A DNA stretch of 64,000 nucleotides from Planctomycetota bacterium (lineage in GTDB: Bacteria; Planctomycetota; UBA8108; SXIK01). The translations under genes were made by a program, and so were the position numbers. The stretch spans positions 6,113,252-6,177,251 of the forward strand of contig CBDCXR010000004.1 of assembly GCA_965223845.1 (NCBI GenBank), written 5' to 3'. The notes under the pieces are model-generated. The model was given only the letters and a program-made list of their open reading frames with translations, did no database searches and was not told the origin of the DNA. Every line of letters starts with the position of its first letter. Position 1 is the first letter of the stretch. This document shows positions 10,260 to 20,234 of this stretch, piece after piece.

Positions 10260-11708
10260 GTGACGGAAATCGAGCGCAAGGCCATCGCGTCGAGCTCGCT
10301 CGCAACTCGACGTTCCGTGCTCCGGGCCGGCTCGATCGGCCTCCTCGGTCTAGGGCTCCCCGAGCTCGGCTATCTCCGCGCCGAATCGACGCGCGAGCCG
10401 AAGGCGAAGTCGGTCATCTATATCTTTCTCTCCGGCGGCCTCTCGCAGATCGACAGCTTCGACATGAAGCCGGAGGCGCCCGAGAAGTACCGCGGGTCCT
10501 TCCGTCCGATCTCGACGAAGACGCCGGGTCTGCAGATCTGCGAACACTTGCCACTCCTCGCGGCGCGGAGCGACAAGTGGGCGATCTGCCGTTCGCTCAC
10601 TCATCCATACAACGAGCATTCCCAGGGACACATGGTGATGCTCTCGGGGCGCCGCGACCTTCCGCCCGGTTTCGACGCGAGCAAGCCACGCGCGGAGGAT
10701 TGGCCGTCGATCGCGGCGTGCGGCGCGAAGCTGCTCGAGTCTCGCGGCGCGCTGCCGCCGGCGATGGTTCTTCCCGAACGACTCGTTCACCGGACGGGCC
10801 GCGTGATCCCCGGACAGTTTTCCGGAAAGATGGGCGCCGGAGCCGAGCCGTGGTTCATCGAAGCTTCGAGCTTCAACGCCGCCTCGTACGGCGCGTACCC
10901 GACGTTCAATTTCCACCACGAGCGGGGTTCGGAGCAGCGGTCGAATCCCGCGTTCGCGGTGCCGGAAATCTCACTTCCGGAAGAGATGACACTCGGACGA
11001 CTTCGCCGGCGCGCCGACATCCTCCGTCTTGTGAACGCTCAGCAGCGCGCGCTCGAGACCGCCCCGCCGGTCACCTCTTACCGGCGTTACCACGATCTCG
11101 CGATTCGACTTCTCGCCGACTCGAAGACGCGGGCGGCGTTCGATCTCTCCAGCGCGGACGCGCGTACGCTCGATCGCTACGGACGCAATTCCTTCGGCTG
11201 GTCGCTCCTTCTCGCGCGCCAGCTCGTTGAGGCGGGAGTTCAGCTCGTCCAGGTGAACCTCGGGAACAACGAGACGTGGGACACGCATCAAAAGGCGTTT
11301 CACAATCTCGAGCACTACTTGTTCCCGCCGACCGACCGGGCCGTCTCGGCGCTGCTCGACGATCTGGGCGAGAGCGGGCTCCTCGACGATACACTCGTCG
11401 TCATGGCGAGCGAGTTTGGCCGGACGCCGCGCATCTTCAGCATCGGGAAGGGCAAGCTCCCGGGGCGAGACCACTGGGGCGCGGTGCAGACCGTCTGGTT
11501 CGCGGGCGGGGGAGTCGCGGGCGGCGCGGTGGTGGGTTCATCGGACGCAACGGGCGGGCACCCGAAGGACTCGCCGCAGACGCCGGAGAGCTTCGCCGCG
11601 ACGATCTTCGACGCCCTGGGGATCCCGCGCGACGCCCACTGGGAGGAGAAACTCGGGCGTCCCCACCCGCTCTATCGAGCGGACCCGATCCCCGGGCTCG
11701 TGAGCTGA
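10260..11708 (+). CDS. DUF1501 domain protein (second copy, no PSCyt partner adjacent)
   Basis: 482-aa ORF with GTG start. Motifs: Tat-like TRRSVLRAGSIGLLGLG; IYIFLSGGLSQIDSFDMKP; ASEFGRTP; GRDHWG. Confidence 0.85.
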   Translation: MTEIERKAIASSSLATRRSVLRAGSIGLLGLGLPELGYLRAESTREPKAKSVIYIFLSGGLSQIDSFDMKPEAPEKYRGSFRPISTKTPGLQICEHLPLLAARSDKWAICRSLTHPYNEHSQGHMVMLSGRRDLPPGFDASKPRAEDWPSIAACGAKLLESRGALPPAMVLPERLVHRTGRVIPGQFSGKMGAGAEPWFIEASSFNAASYGAYPTFNFHHERGSEQRSNPAFAVPEISLPEEMTLGRLRRRADILRLVNAQQRALETAPPVTSYRRYHDLAIRLLADSKTRAAFDLSSADARTLDRYGRNSFGWSLLLARQLVEAGVQLVQVNLGNNETWDTHQKAFHNLEHYLFPPTDRAVSALLDDLGESGLLDDTLVVMASEFGRTPRIFSIGKGKLPGRDHWGAVQTVWFAGGGVAGGAVVGSSDATGGHPKDSPQTPESFAATIFDALGIPRDAHWEEKLGRPHPLYRADPIPGLVS

Positions 11709-12054
11709 ACTCCGCCGTGGAGGGGGCGAACCACACCGCGACTCGGACGATCACGGAACGCCCCACAACATTCATCGAGATCCGCCGGCCCGATCCGTCA
11801 GGATTTTTCCGGGCCGCGTTGCGCGCCGACGAAAGAGGTCGCCGGATCGGGATGCGAATCCGTCATAAGGTGCTTCACCAAGTTGGCTTACGTGAGGGTC
11901 GCACGCGGTTTCGCGGACGCGTCAGCCGCTCTCGACCGCCGCTCGCACTTGCGCCGACTGGCGCATCCGTCGTCGCCCGTGGGGCTCTCGCCGTCCGGCG
12001 GCCAGCCGGCGCCGCGAGAGGATTCCGGAGTCACTCGCCGGGAGGAGCGGCTGA

Positions 12055-12735
12055 ATGAGCCCGAAGCCTGAGGCGGAGCGGACGAACGGGGACCTTGCCT
12101 GGTTCGTCACTCTCCGCCGAGAGGAGTACCGCGGCGAAGCCCGCGCCAACCTGATTCGCCTCATCGGCATCGCCGGCTTCTACGCGATCGAGCTCATCAG
12201 TTACTACGGGCTCCGGGTCGGGTTCCTGGAGATTCCGCGACAGACAGGCATCGACCGGGAGTTTCACGTCGCCGTCACCGCGCTCGCTCTCACCTGGACC
12301 GCCGTCGGGCTCGGTGTTCACTTCGCGCTGCGCGCAAGGGTCTTTCCCGACGTCCTCAAGTTTGTCTCCACCGGCGCCGACGTCGCGCTCCTCACGTCGG
12401 TCCTCGTTCTCGCCGACGGCCCGCGGAGTCCGCTCGTCGTGATCTACTTCCTCGTGCTCGCTCTCGCTGCGCTCCGCTTCAGCTTGCCGCTCGTTCGTTT
12501 TGCCACCGGATCGTCGATCGCCAGCTATCTCTTTCTGAGCGGCTACGCGCGCTGGTTCGCCGAGCGTGACCTCACCGTTCCTCGCTACGCGCAGTTCGTC
12601 GTTCTGCTCGCGCTGCTCCTCGCCGGTGTGGTGCTCGGTCAAGTGCTGCGCCGCATCCGCGCCATGGTTCGAGAACACGCGAACGCGACGACGGCCGCTC
12701 CGCGAACGACGCCGACCGGGGAGCCGAAGCGATGA
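12055..12735 (+). CDS. polytopic membrane protein, unknown function
   Basis: 226-aa ORF with about 6 hydrophobic segments (LIRLIGIAGFYAIELISYY, VAVTALALTWTAVGLGV, LVVIYFLVLALAAL, FVVLLALLLAGVVLG). Its stop overlaps the next start (ATGA at 12732-12735). Confidence 0.6.
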   Translation: MSPKPEAERTNGDLAWFVTLRREEYRGEARANLIRLIGIAGFYAIELISYYGLRVGFLEIPRQTGIDREFHVAVTALALTWTAVGLGVHFALRARVFPDVLKFVSTGADVALLTSVLVLADGPRSPLVVIYFLVLALAALRFSLPLVRFATGSSIASYLFLSGYARWFAERDLTVPRYAQFVVLLALLLAGVVLGQVLRRIRAMVREHANATTAAPRTTPTGEPKR

Positions 12736-13313
12736 GCGGCTTACCATCGCTCGTTCGGTGCCAGGTTTGCAGCGAACTCAACAACCCCGGTCGATCCATC
12801 TGTTGGCTCTGCGAGCAGCCGCTCGAACCCCGAACCGTCGATCCCGTGATCCGCGGCCCGGAGATCGAGCCAGTGAGCGAAGAGGGAGCGTCTCTCTTTC
12901 ACTCCAGCTTGGTGGTCGCGCCGGCTCTCCTCCTCGTTCTTCTCGGCGTCGGGCTCGTTTGGCCGGGCCTCGGGATCGTGCTGGCGATCGTCCTCGTGAT
13001 CCCGTTTCTCCGAACGGCGGCGCTCGCGCGCCGGCGCGCTGAGGCCGGCGCGGAAGACGCGTTTCCATTCCTGGTCGGCTCGTTCGTCGGCTCCACACTC
13101 GCGACGTTCGTCGTCATCGCGGTCGTCGGCGTCGTCGGATTCGGCACGTTTTGCATTACGTGTTTCGGAGTCGGGGTATCCACCAACAACATCCATCTAG
13201 CGGTGCTCGGTTCGGGACTTCTCGCGATCATCGTGCTCATTCCTGTTTGTCGGAGGCTCGCGCGCTGGGTGCGGAATCGCTGGCGGCGCGACGTCAAGCG
13301 ACGCAGTCTCTAG
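12732..13313 (+). CDS. zinc-ribbon membrane protein, unknown function
   Basis: 193 aa. N-terminal CxxC...CxxC (RCQVCSELNNPGRSICWLCEQ), then about 4 TM segments. It is translationally coupled to the preceding gene. Confidence 0.6.
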   Translation: MSGLPSLVRCQVCSELNNPGRSICWLCEQPLEPRTVDPVIRGPEIEPVSEEGASLFHSSLVVAPALLLVLLGVGLVWPGLGIVLAIVLVIPFLRTAALARRRAEAGAEDAFPFLVGSFVGSTLATFVVIAVVGVVGFGTFCITCFGVGVSTNNIHLAVLGSGLLAIIVLIPVCRRLARWVRNRWRRDVKRRSL

Positions 13314-13328
13314 CTAGGTCTTCTTCTC

Positions 13329-14750
13329 ATGCAGCTTCGCGATCACGTCTTCCTCGGGACGACACAGAGTCTCTGTCCGAGCTGCCTCGGACTCGTCCAG
13401 GCCAAGATCATCGAGCGTCGGGGACGGGTCTATTTTCGGAAGCGCTGCCCCGAGTGCGGCGTGCGTGAAGACTTCGTCTGCTCCGATCGCGCTCAGTTCG
13501 ACCGCCTAGAGCTCAACTCGCCGGGTAAGGTTCCGCACCAGAGCGGAGTTCTTCCCGAGCGGGGTTGTCCCTACGACTGCGGGCTTTGCACCGAGCACGA
13601 GCAGCACACCTGTGTGGGCCTCGTCGAAATCACATCCGCGTGCAATCTCAAATGCCCGATGTGCTACGCGTCGAGCGGCCCGGGCGGGCGGCACCTCGAG
13701 TTCGACGAGTGTCGGAGTGCCATCGAGCGCCTCGTCGACGTCGAAGGTCGCCCCGAGGTGCTCCAGCTCTCCGGCGGCGAGCCGACCATCCATCCCGAGT
13801 TCGATCGCGTGCTCTCGTTCGCGTGCGCACAGCCGATCGACATGGTGATGATCAACTCGAACGGCATCCGCTTCGCTAACGACCCGGAGTTTCTGCGGCG
13901 GGTTGCGGAATACCGAGATCGGCTCGAAGTCTATCTTCAGTTCGACGGGTTTCGGCCGGAGACGAGCGCCGCGCTCCGCGGAGAGCCGCTCGTCGAGACG
14001 AAGCTTCGAGCCGTGGAGGCGCTCGGCGAAGCGGGCGTCCGCGTGATCCTCGTGAGCACGCTTCAAGCGGGAGTGAACGACGGTGAGATCGGTGCGATTG
14101 TGAACTACGGCCTCGAGCGGCCGTGGGTCACCGGCGTGAGCTTCCAACCGGCGACCTACTCCGGCCGGCACGTCTTACCCGACGAGCTCGAACGACGGAT
14201 CACGTTTCCCGACGTCGTCCGGGCGATCGTCGAGCAGACGAACGGCGTCTTCGCCGTCGAAGATTTCCTGCCCCTCCCCTGCGCTCACCCGAACTGCCAC
14301 ACTCTTACCTACGCGTACCGGCGCGGAGGGACGATCGTTCCGCTCACGCGCTTCATCGACGTCCGGAGCCACGTCGATCTCCTATCGAACGGCATCACGT
14401 TCACCCGACCCCGCGCGCGCGCGTTGATCGAGCAGTACGTAGAGCGCGCGAACTGCGGGGACGGCGGCTGCGGGTTCGGTGCGTCCGTGCCGGCGCCTCT
14501 TGTTGCCGTCGCGCAAGAGTTCTTCGGAAAAGCGATGCGCGAAGACCTTTCGCCGAGCGATGTCTTCCGGATCACGATCACTTCGTTCCTCGATGCCTAC
14601 AACTTTGATGTGCGGCGACTCATGAAGTGCTGCATCCATCACGTACTTCCGAGTGGACACGTCGTTCCGTTCTGCGCCTACAACGTACTCTACCGCGACG
14701 GCCACGTATCATTGCCGCAACTGGTCGCGAATTCGCAAGCTGAGATCTAG
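13329..14750 (+). CDS. radical SAM enzyme with N-terminal rubredoxin-like Cys pairs and an extra Cys cluster
   Basis: 473 aa. CNLKCPMCYA (CxxxCxxC) plus SGGEPTIHPEF. N-terminal CPSC...CPEC. A second cluster is GCPYDCGLCTEHEQHTC. The C-terminal half is Cys-rich (PCAHPNCH, CGDGGCG, KCCIHH). Confidence 0.85.
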   Translation: MQLRDHVFLGTTQSLCPSCLGLVQAKIIERRGRVYFRKRCPECGVREDFVCSDRAQFDRLELNSPGKVPHQSGVLPERGCPYDCGLCTEHEQHTCVGLVEITSACNLKCPMCYASSGPGGRHLEFDECRSAIERLVDVEGRPEVLQLSGGEPTIHPEFDRVLSFACAQPIDMVMINSNGIRFANDPEFLRRVAEYRDRLEVYLQFDGFRPETSAALRGEPLVETKLRAVEALGEAGVRVILVSTLQAGVNDGEIGAIVNYGLERPWVTGVSFQPATYSGRHVLPDELERRITFPDVVRAIVEQTNGVFAVEDFLPLPCAHPNCHTLTYAYRRGGTIVPLTRFIDVRSHVDLLSNGITFTRPRARALIEQYVERANCGDGGCGFGASVPAPLVAVAQEFFGKAMREDLSPSDVFRITITSFLDAYNFDVRRLMKCCIHHVLPSGHVVPFCAYNVLYRDGHVSLPQLVANSQAEI

Positions 14751-14783
14751 TGCCGCGGCGAACTACGAACGGCGGAGCGCAGC

Positions 14784-15518
14784 ATGAACTGGAATGATCC
14801 GATTTGGATCTACTCCGCGATCATGGTTGCGGCGGTCGCGGCGGGATGGCTCGTGAGCCGCCGAACGCAGAGTCGTGCTCCGCTGAGCGGTTTCGAGAAG
14901 CTCGCGATCGCGCTCGGCGCTTTTTGCGGGGCGATGATCGGAGCGAAGCTGCCCTTCGTCCTTCTCGACTGGGACGGACTCCTCTCCGGACGTGCCTGGC
15001 TCGAGAACGGGAAAACGATCACATTCGGATTGGTCGGCGGATACGTCGGCGTCGAGCTCGCGAAGTGGGCGCTAGCGATTCGCGTGAAGACCGGCGATTC
15101 GTTCGCCGTGCCCGTCGCCCTGTCGATCGGGATCGGTCGTCTCGCCTGCTTTTCCGTGGGTTGCTGTCACGGGACGGAGACCGCGCTCCCTTGGGGAGCT
15201 GATTTCGGCGACGGGATCCGCCGGCACCCGACTCAACTCTACGAATCGGCCTTCCATCTTTCGGCGACGCTCGCGCTCGCGTACCTGCTCCGTTTCGGTC
15301 TCTTCCGCGGACAGCTCATCAAGCTGTATTTCATCGCCTACTTCGTCTTCCGCTTCGCGAGCGAGTTCATCCGCCCGGAACCCGAGGCATGGCTCGGTCT
15401 CACCGTGTATCAGTGGGCGACGATCGCGTTCATTCCGCTTTTCGGCGCGCTCTGGATCGTGGATCGGCGGAGGTTCGCGCTCGAGTCGGCGCAGGTGAAC
15501 ACGCGTGCCGGAGCGTAG
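14784..15518 (+). CDS. prolipoprotein diacylglyceryl transferase (Lgt) family protein, divergent GCCxG subtype
   Basis: 244 aa, polytopic. GLVGGYVG; GIGRLACFSVGCCHG...LPWG; RHPTQLYES. This is the Lgt signature with GRxGNF replaced by GRLACFxxGCC. Confidence 0.8.
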   Translation: MNWNDPIWIYSAIMVAAVAAGWLVSRRTQSRAPLSGFEKLAIALGAFCGAMIGAKLPFVLLDWDGLLSGRAWLENGKTITFGLVGGYVGVELAKWALAIRVKTGDSFAVPVALSIGIGRLACFSVGCCHGTETALPWGADFGDGIRRHPTQLYESAFHLSATLALAYLLRFGLFRGQLIKLYFIAYFVFRFASEFIRPEPEAWLGLTVYQWATIAFIPLFGALWIVDRRRFALESAQVNTRAGA

Positions 15519-15533
15519 CCGGTCCCGCTTCGC

Positions 15534-18500
15534 CTACTCGCAACCCGAGTACTCGTCGCAGCCCAGTGCGGGATCCTCGCCGCAATCGGGGTACGGCGCC
15601 GCCGGTCCCGCGCCCGCGCCGAACATGAAGTTGAGGAGCCTCAAGGCGTCGGTGATCACCACCGTGCCGTCGGCGTCCGCGTCCGCGGCGTCCGCGCAGC
15701 GGAAAGGATCGGGCACGGAGAAGAGCTGGATGAGGATCGAGACTGCGTCCGAGATGTCGATTTGGCCGTCGCCATTCGCATCCCCGCGAAGGAAGGCTCG
15801 CGATTCTTCGCCTACGAATTGATCCCACGTGTACGCAGCGGTTTCGTGCGCGCCTTCGACGCGCTCGGCGGTGACGTACTCGACACTCCCGTCGAATAGC
15901 TCGAGCGGAGAGAGCGAGTACGGACCGGATCGCTGCGAATCGTAAATCTGCTCACCCGGGAAGACGAGGCGGAAGCCCTCGGTCTGCGGCACGGCGAGAT
16001 CGAGAATCGCGTGCGCGGTCGCCACCGTCTCGCCCGCTGGATCGAGCAGCGTCCCCGCGATGACGAAGCGCCCCGCGATGTCGGCTTCGATCATCCCGTC
16101 GATCCAGAGCGAGCCGAACTCGGCCGCACCGGCCCCGCCGTCTCCTTCGCCTCCGGCGGCCGGCGCGAGTCCCGATTCGAGCTCGCCGCCGAAGCGAACC
16201 GAGTCCGAGCGCACCTCGAGCTGCGTGGTTCGCTGACGAAGGAACGTACCGGCGGGGTCGGACGCTGCAACCTCGATGAGGTGGAGACCTGCTTCGTCAC
16301 CACTCAGCTCCGCAGTGTAGACCCCGTCGCCCGCGGACGCGTCCGGGGCGACGCCGTTATCGAGGAGATCGACGAGATCGAGCGTCCCGTTGGGGCGCCA
16401 TAGGCTTGCGGTCGCGTTCGCACCGGTGATCGGTGCGCCGAGCTCCATCAGGGTCGCGGTGAGCGCGGTCGAGCCCGCGATATCGATCTCGTCGGGATCG
16501 AGCACGACATCGAGGACGAGGTCGCTTTCCGAGTAGAGCTCGACCGTATACGGCACGGGAACGTTGTCGACCGGGTTTTCGAGCACGGCGGTGTACACGC
16601 CGACCTCACCACTCGCGAAGTCGTAGAGCTGAACTTGGTGACCTTCCCCGTCGAGGAAGCTTTGATATTCGACCCCTTCGCCTGGATTCGACGGTGTATG
16701 CACGATCACTTCCGGTCCCGGGTCGTGAACATCGAACTCGAGTCCGCCAGGAACGCCGATGTTCAGAATCACGATGATCGACTCCGAGGTGTCCGAGAGC
16801 ATGAGCAGCTCGGCGGTCCGCCCCGGCTCGAGGAAACCGGAATAGAACGTACCGAGCGAGTAGCTCGACCCGACGCCCCCCGCCGCACCGGGAACGTCGT
16901 TCTCCGCGCCCCCTCCGGCGACGCCCGCGACGGGGTTCTCGACGTGCTCGAGCACATCGCGAAGGAGAACCGTGATCGACTCGCCGCCGCGCCCGAGCGT
17001 CCCGTGGTTCTCCGCGACGCGGTGAGTCACAGCTCCGGCGATTCCGCCGAGCGCACTCGCAGCGCACACGCGATCGTCGTGTTCACCGCAGCTGAGAACG
17101 GGATCGAGACTCGAGCGCCCGCCCGTTCCCGCGACGAGATGAACGCGGGCCCCGCGCGTGTCGATTACCGCGCGATTGAACCGCGCGAGGAACTCCGCGG
17201 TCTGCTCCGCGGCGCCGGCGAACTCGTCTTCCGTGATCGAACCCGACACCCCGTCGAGGGGGCGACTCGCGAGCTCGCCGCGCACCTCGATCCGCGCGCG
17301 CGGCGTTCCCAAGTTCGGTGTTCCAAGGAGGGCGAATCGGCGCACCCGGCCGTACTCGGACTCGGCGAGGTACAGCCGCGCCGCGAGTCCCGCCGCGCCG
17401 TACGCGACGATGTCGACCTGATCCGGTGCGCGCCCGAAATTTGCGGCGAGCTTCGCGTCGAGAGCTTCCAGATGACGCGCGAGTGAGAGCGCCCCGCGAG
17501 TGATCCCCGGCTCGATGCGAAGCGAACGGAACCACGCGGGCGCCGCCGGGGCGGCGAGGTTCGCGTTCGCCTGCGCCGATGCGAGCAGCTCCCGCCATCG
17601 CTCGGTGTCGTCGCCGAGCGATGGCTCGCGACTCGCGACGAGAATCACGGGCACCGGCAGCCGGAGCTCGACCTGGCGGCCGGCGCCGACTTCGACGTCG
17701 ACGCTGAGAACACGGTTGAGGTCGCCGGGCAGAGCCGGTCCGCCGATCAAGCCCGCACGGTAGCGGAGCTGAGTGGGGACGCCATCGCCCGGCGATCGCA
17801 GGATGAATCGGCCCGAAGGATCGACCTGCGCCACCTCCACTTCGACACCGCCTTCGTCGAGTCGCACCACCGCACCGCGGTTGACCGTCGTTCCCGCGCG
17901 ATCGCCGTAACGAACGACGCCGGCGAGGAGCGGCTCCGGTGGAGCGCCGACATCCGCCCGACAGAGCTCGCTCGGCGGTCCGCGCCGCGCGAAACCTCTC
18001 TCGGCGACGCCCAGCACGCGATACTCGTTTCGCCCCGGCGGCACCCCGCCTTCTCGGTAGGGCGGAAGCCCGACGCGGGCGACGACGACGCCGTTGCGGA
18101 GGATATCGTACGCGTCGTACTCCGGCGCCGGATTCCAGTCGAGCTCGACGACGCGCGGTCCGACGAGCGCGCAGCCAAAGCCCTCGATCGGCGGCAGCTC
18201 CGACGCGTCGACGGTCACACGACACGTCGCGCGCGATTCCGGCGCCGCCGGATCGAGCACCTCGATGAGATGCGTGCCGTCGGCGACGTTCGGGATGAAG
18301 AACGACGTCGTCGTCGGCGGCAGCGGTCCGCTCGCGTCTCGACCGTCGATGCGAACGAGGAGCGACGAGTAGCGATCCGCCAGGCGCCAGCGCACGGCGA
18401 TCCCGGCGTCGGTTTCTTCGCACGCGAGATCTCTCACCGCGAGCGTACGAACGACGATGCGAACCATTTCCGAGCGAAGCGCCGGATCCCCGTTCGCTTC

Positions 18501-20234
18501 GACGAAGTAGATATGCTCACCGCGTTCGACGCCGATATCCGTGAAGTCCATCAGCCGACCGGAAAGTGGCTGGGGGTTCACGAGGGTGCCGTCGCGGTAA
18601 ACGTTCTGGAACGCGTAGCGCCCGTCGATCGTCCACGCGAGATGCACTCGTCCGCCCGGGATCTGCTTCGCGCGGAGATGCCGCGGCGCGCCGTCGGTCG
18701 CTTCATCGCCGATGAAAACGACGACCGCCAAGCCCACCCCGCCATCGCGGATATGCGGAATGCCGGGCGCACCGATCGTGAGCTCACCGCGGCCACCGCC
18801 CGAGAAATCTTCGAGGCCGCCGACCGACGACCCGACCCCCGCGCCGGAGACGCCCGCGCTGAATGCGGCACCATCGTTCGAGCGCATCGCGGCGAGCAGG
18901 ATCTCGGCCGGGAGAGCGTTTCCGCCGAACGCGAGGTAGGCCGCTCCGCGTCCTTCCCCGCGCAGCGGAGCACCGATGAACGCCTCGGCGATTCCGTCGC
19001 CGTTAGCGTCCGGCGTGAACGCGACGGCCGACCCGGCGCGTTCGCCGTCCGATCCGAGGTACGTCGTCTGCGCGACGACGGAAACGTCGACGCTCGGAAC
19101 GCCGCTTCTCAGTCGCGCTCCACCGGCGATGAGAAACGCGGCACCGGAGACGCGGTCGAAAGCGAGCCCCGGCGATCCGAGAAGCAGATCGGGAGCGCCA
19201 TCGCCCGTCGCGTCGCGCCCCCCCGCGATCGCCGCCCCGAGCTCGCTCGCCGGCAGAGCGGAGCGAACTTCGACGAGACGATCACCATCCGGCGCGTCTG
19301 CGTTCGGGAGTCCGTCGAGCCCGGCGCGACCGAAGTAGACGTAGACGGCACCGCCCCCAAATGCCGGCGCGCCGGCGGCGAAGTCGCGTATTCCGTCTTC
19401 GTCGGTGTCTCCGAGCGGCGCGATCGCCGCGCCGAAGAGGCTCCCGTCCGCCGGTCCATGAGCGACGATCGCGTTCTCTCCCGGTAGCGCCGCGACATCG
19501 ATCGACGCGAAGGCTCCGGGCCGCGCGAGCTCGAGATCGACGAGCGCGATGATCTTTCCGCGGCGCTCGCCGGTCGCCTCGTGGAGGCCGCGAGGGATCC
19601 CGAGAACGACATCGTCCCGCCCGTCGCCGCTCGCGTCTCCGACCCCGACTCCGCTCTCGCCGAGACGACCTTCGCCCGCGAGCGACGAAGTGAGAAAGAC
19701 GACGCCGTGAGGCGAGAAGGTGAGATCGATGACGCCAGGCAGTGCGTCCGATCCGAGGAGAAGGACGACGCCGCTCTCACCGCCCGCGACGATGCCACCC
19801 GGCGCGCCGATCAAGACGTCGTCGAATCCGTCGGCGTTGACATCGCCCGCTCCGGCGACGAAGCGGCCGAATTCGTCGCCCGGACCCGCGCCCGAGCGAA
19901 TTTCGACGATGAACTCGCGCCCCGGATGGAGCGTCGCGCGGAGTGTCGGAGGACGTCCGCCGAAGACGAGGAACACACGCCCGGGGGTTCTCGCGCTTCC
20001 CGGTGCACTGACGATGACGTCCGTGCGACCGTCGCCGTTGACGTCGCCTGCGTCGGCGATGTGGGCGCCCGCGCCGAACGTCCCGTCGCCGGCGAAGAGC
20101 TCGAGACGATTCCCAGGGTTGTCGCCATCGAGGCGCGTTTCGAGCGGAAGCTGCGCGCATACCGGTACCACCGACGCGAGGAAGATCGCGAACGCGAAGG
20201 TAGCTCGCAGGATCCGCTTCAAAGATCGAGACAC
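15534..20234 (-). CDS. giant secreted FG-GAP (integrin-alpha-like propeller) protein with Ser-less lipase-like domain and dockerin-like C-terminus
   Basis: 1566 aa, GTG start, signal MSRSLKRILRATFAFAIFLASVVPVCA. About 7 FG-GAP/VCBS blades (GDVNGDGRTDVIVSAPG, GDVNADGFDDVLIGAPG, GDASGDGRDDVVLG, PDANGDGIAEAFIGAP). PGAP1/lipase-like VDIVAYGAAGLAARLYL...LLGTPNLGT. Two dockerin-type repeats and a Cys tail at the end. Confidence 0.85.
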   Translation of the reverse strand: MSRSLKRILRATFAFAIFLASVVPVCAQLPLETRLDGDNPGNRLELFAGDGTFGAGAHIADAGDVNGDGRTDVIVSAPGSARTPGRVFLVFGGRPPTLRATLHPGREFIVEIRSGAGPGDEFGRFVAGAGDVNADGFDDVLIGAPGGIVAGGESGVVLLLGSDALPGVIDLTFSPHGVVFLTSSLAGEGRLGESGVGVGDASGDGRDDVVLGIPRGLHEATGERRGKIIALVDLELARPGAFASIDVAALPGENAIVAHGPADGSLFGAAIAPLGDTDEDGIRDFAAGAPAFGGGAVYVYFGRAGLDGLPNADAPDGDRLVEVRSALPASELGAAIAGGRDATGDGAPDLLLGSPGLAFDRVSGAAFLIAGGARLRSGVPSVDVSVVAQTTYLGSDGERAGSAVAFTPDANGDGIAEAFIGAPLRGEGRGAAYLAFGGNALPAEILLAAMRSNDGAAFSAGVSGAGVGSSVGGLEDFSGGGRGELTIGAPGIPHIRDGGVGLAVVVFIGDEATDGAPRHLRAKQIPGGRVHLAWTIDGRYAFQNVYRDGTLVNPQPLSGRLMDFTDIGVERGEHIYFVEANGDPALRSEMVRIVVRTLAVRDLACEETDAGIAVRWRLADRYSSLLVRIDGRDASGPLPPTTTSFFIPNVADGTHLIEVLDPAAPESRATCRVTVDASELPPIEGFGCALVGPRVVELDWNPAPEYDAYDILRNGVVVARVGLPPYREGGVPPGRNEYRVLGVAERGFARRGPPSELCRADVGAPPEPLLAGVVRYGDRAGTTVNRGAVVRLDEGGVEVEVAQVDPSGRFILRSPGDGVPTQLRYRAGLIGGPALPGDLNRVLSVDVEVGAGRQVELRLPVPVILVASREPSLGDDTERWRELLASAQANANLAAPAAPAWFRSLRIEPGITRGALSLARHLEALDAKLAANFGRAPDQVDIVAYGAAGLAARLYLAESEYGRVRRFALLGTPNLGTPRARIEVRGELASRPLDGVSGSITEDEFAGAAEQTAEFLARFNRAVIDTRGARVHLVAGTGGRSSLDPVLSCGEHDDRVCAASALGGIAGAVTHRVAENHGTLGRGGESITVLLRDVLEHVENPVAGVAGGGAENDVPGAAGGVGSSYSLGTFYSGFLEPGRTAELLMLSDTSESIIVILNIGVPGGLEFDVHDPGPEVIVHTPSNPGEGVEYQSFLDGEGHQVQLYDFASGEVGVYTAVLENPVDNVPVPYTVELYSESDLVLDVVLDPDEIDIAGSTALTATLMELGAPITGANATASLWRPNGTLDLVDLLDNGVAPDASAGDGVYTAELSGDEAGLHLIEVAASDPAGTFLRQRTTQLEVRSDSVRFGGELESGLAPAAGGEGDGGAGAAEFGSLWIDGMIEADIAGRFVIAGTLLDPAGETVATAHAILDLAVPQTEGFRLVFPGEQIYDSQRSGPYSLSPLELFDGSVEYVTAERVEGAHETAAYTWDQFVGEESRAFLRGDANGDGQIDISDAVSILIQLFSVPDPFRCADAADADADGTVVITDALRLLNFMFGAGAGPAAPYPDCGEDPALGCDEYSGCE

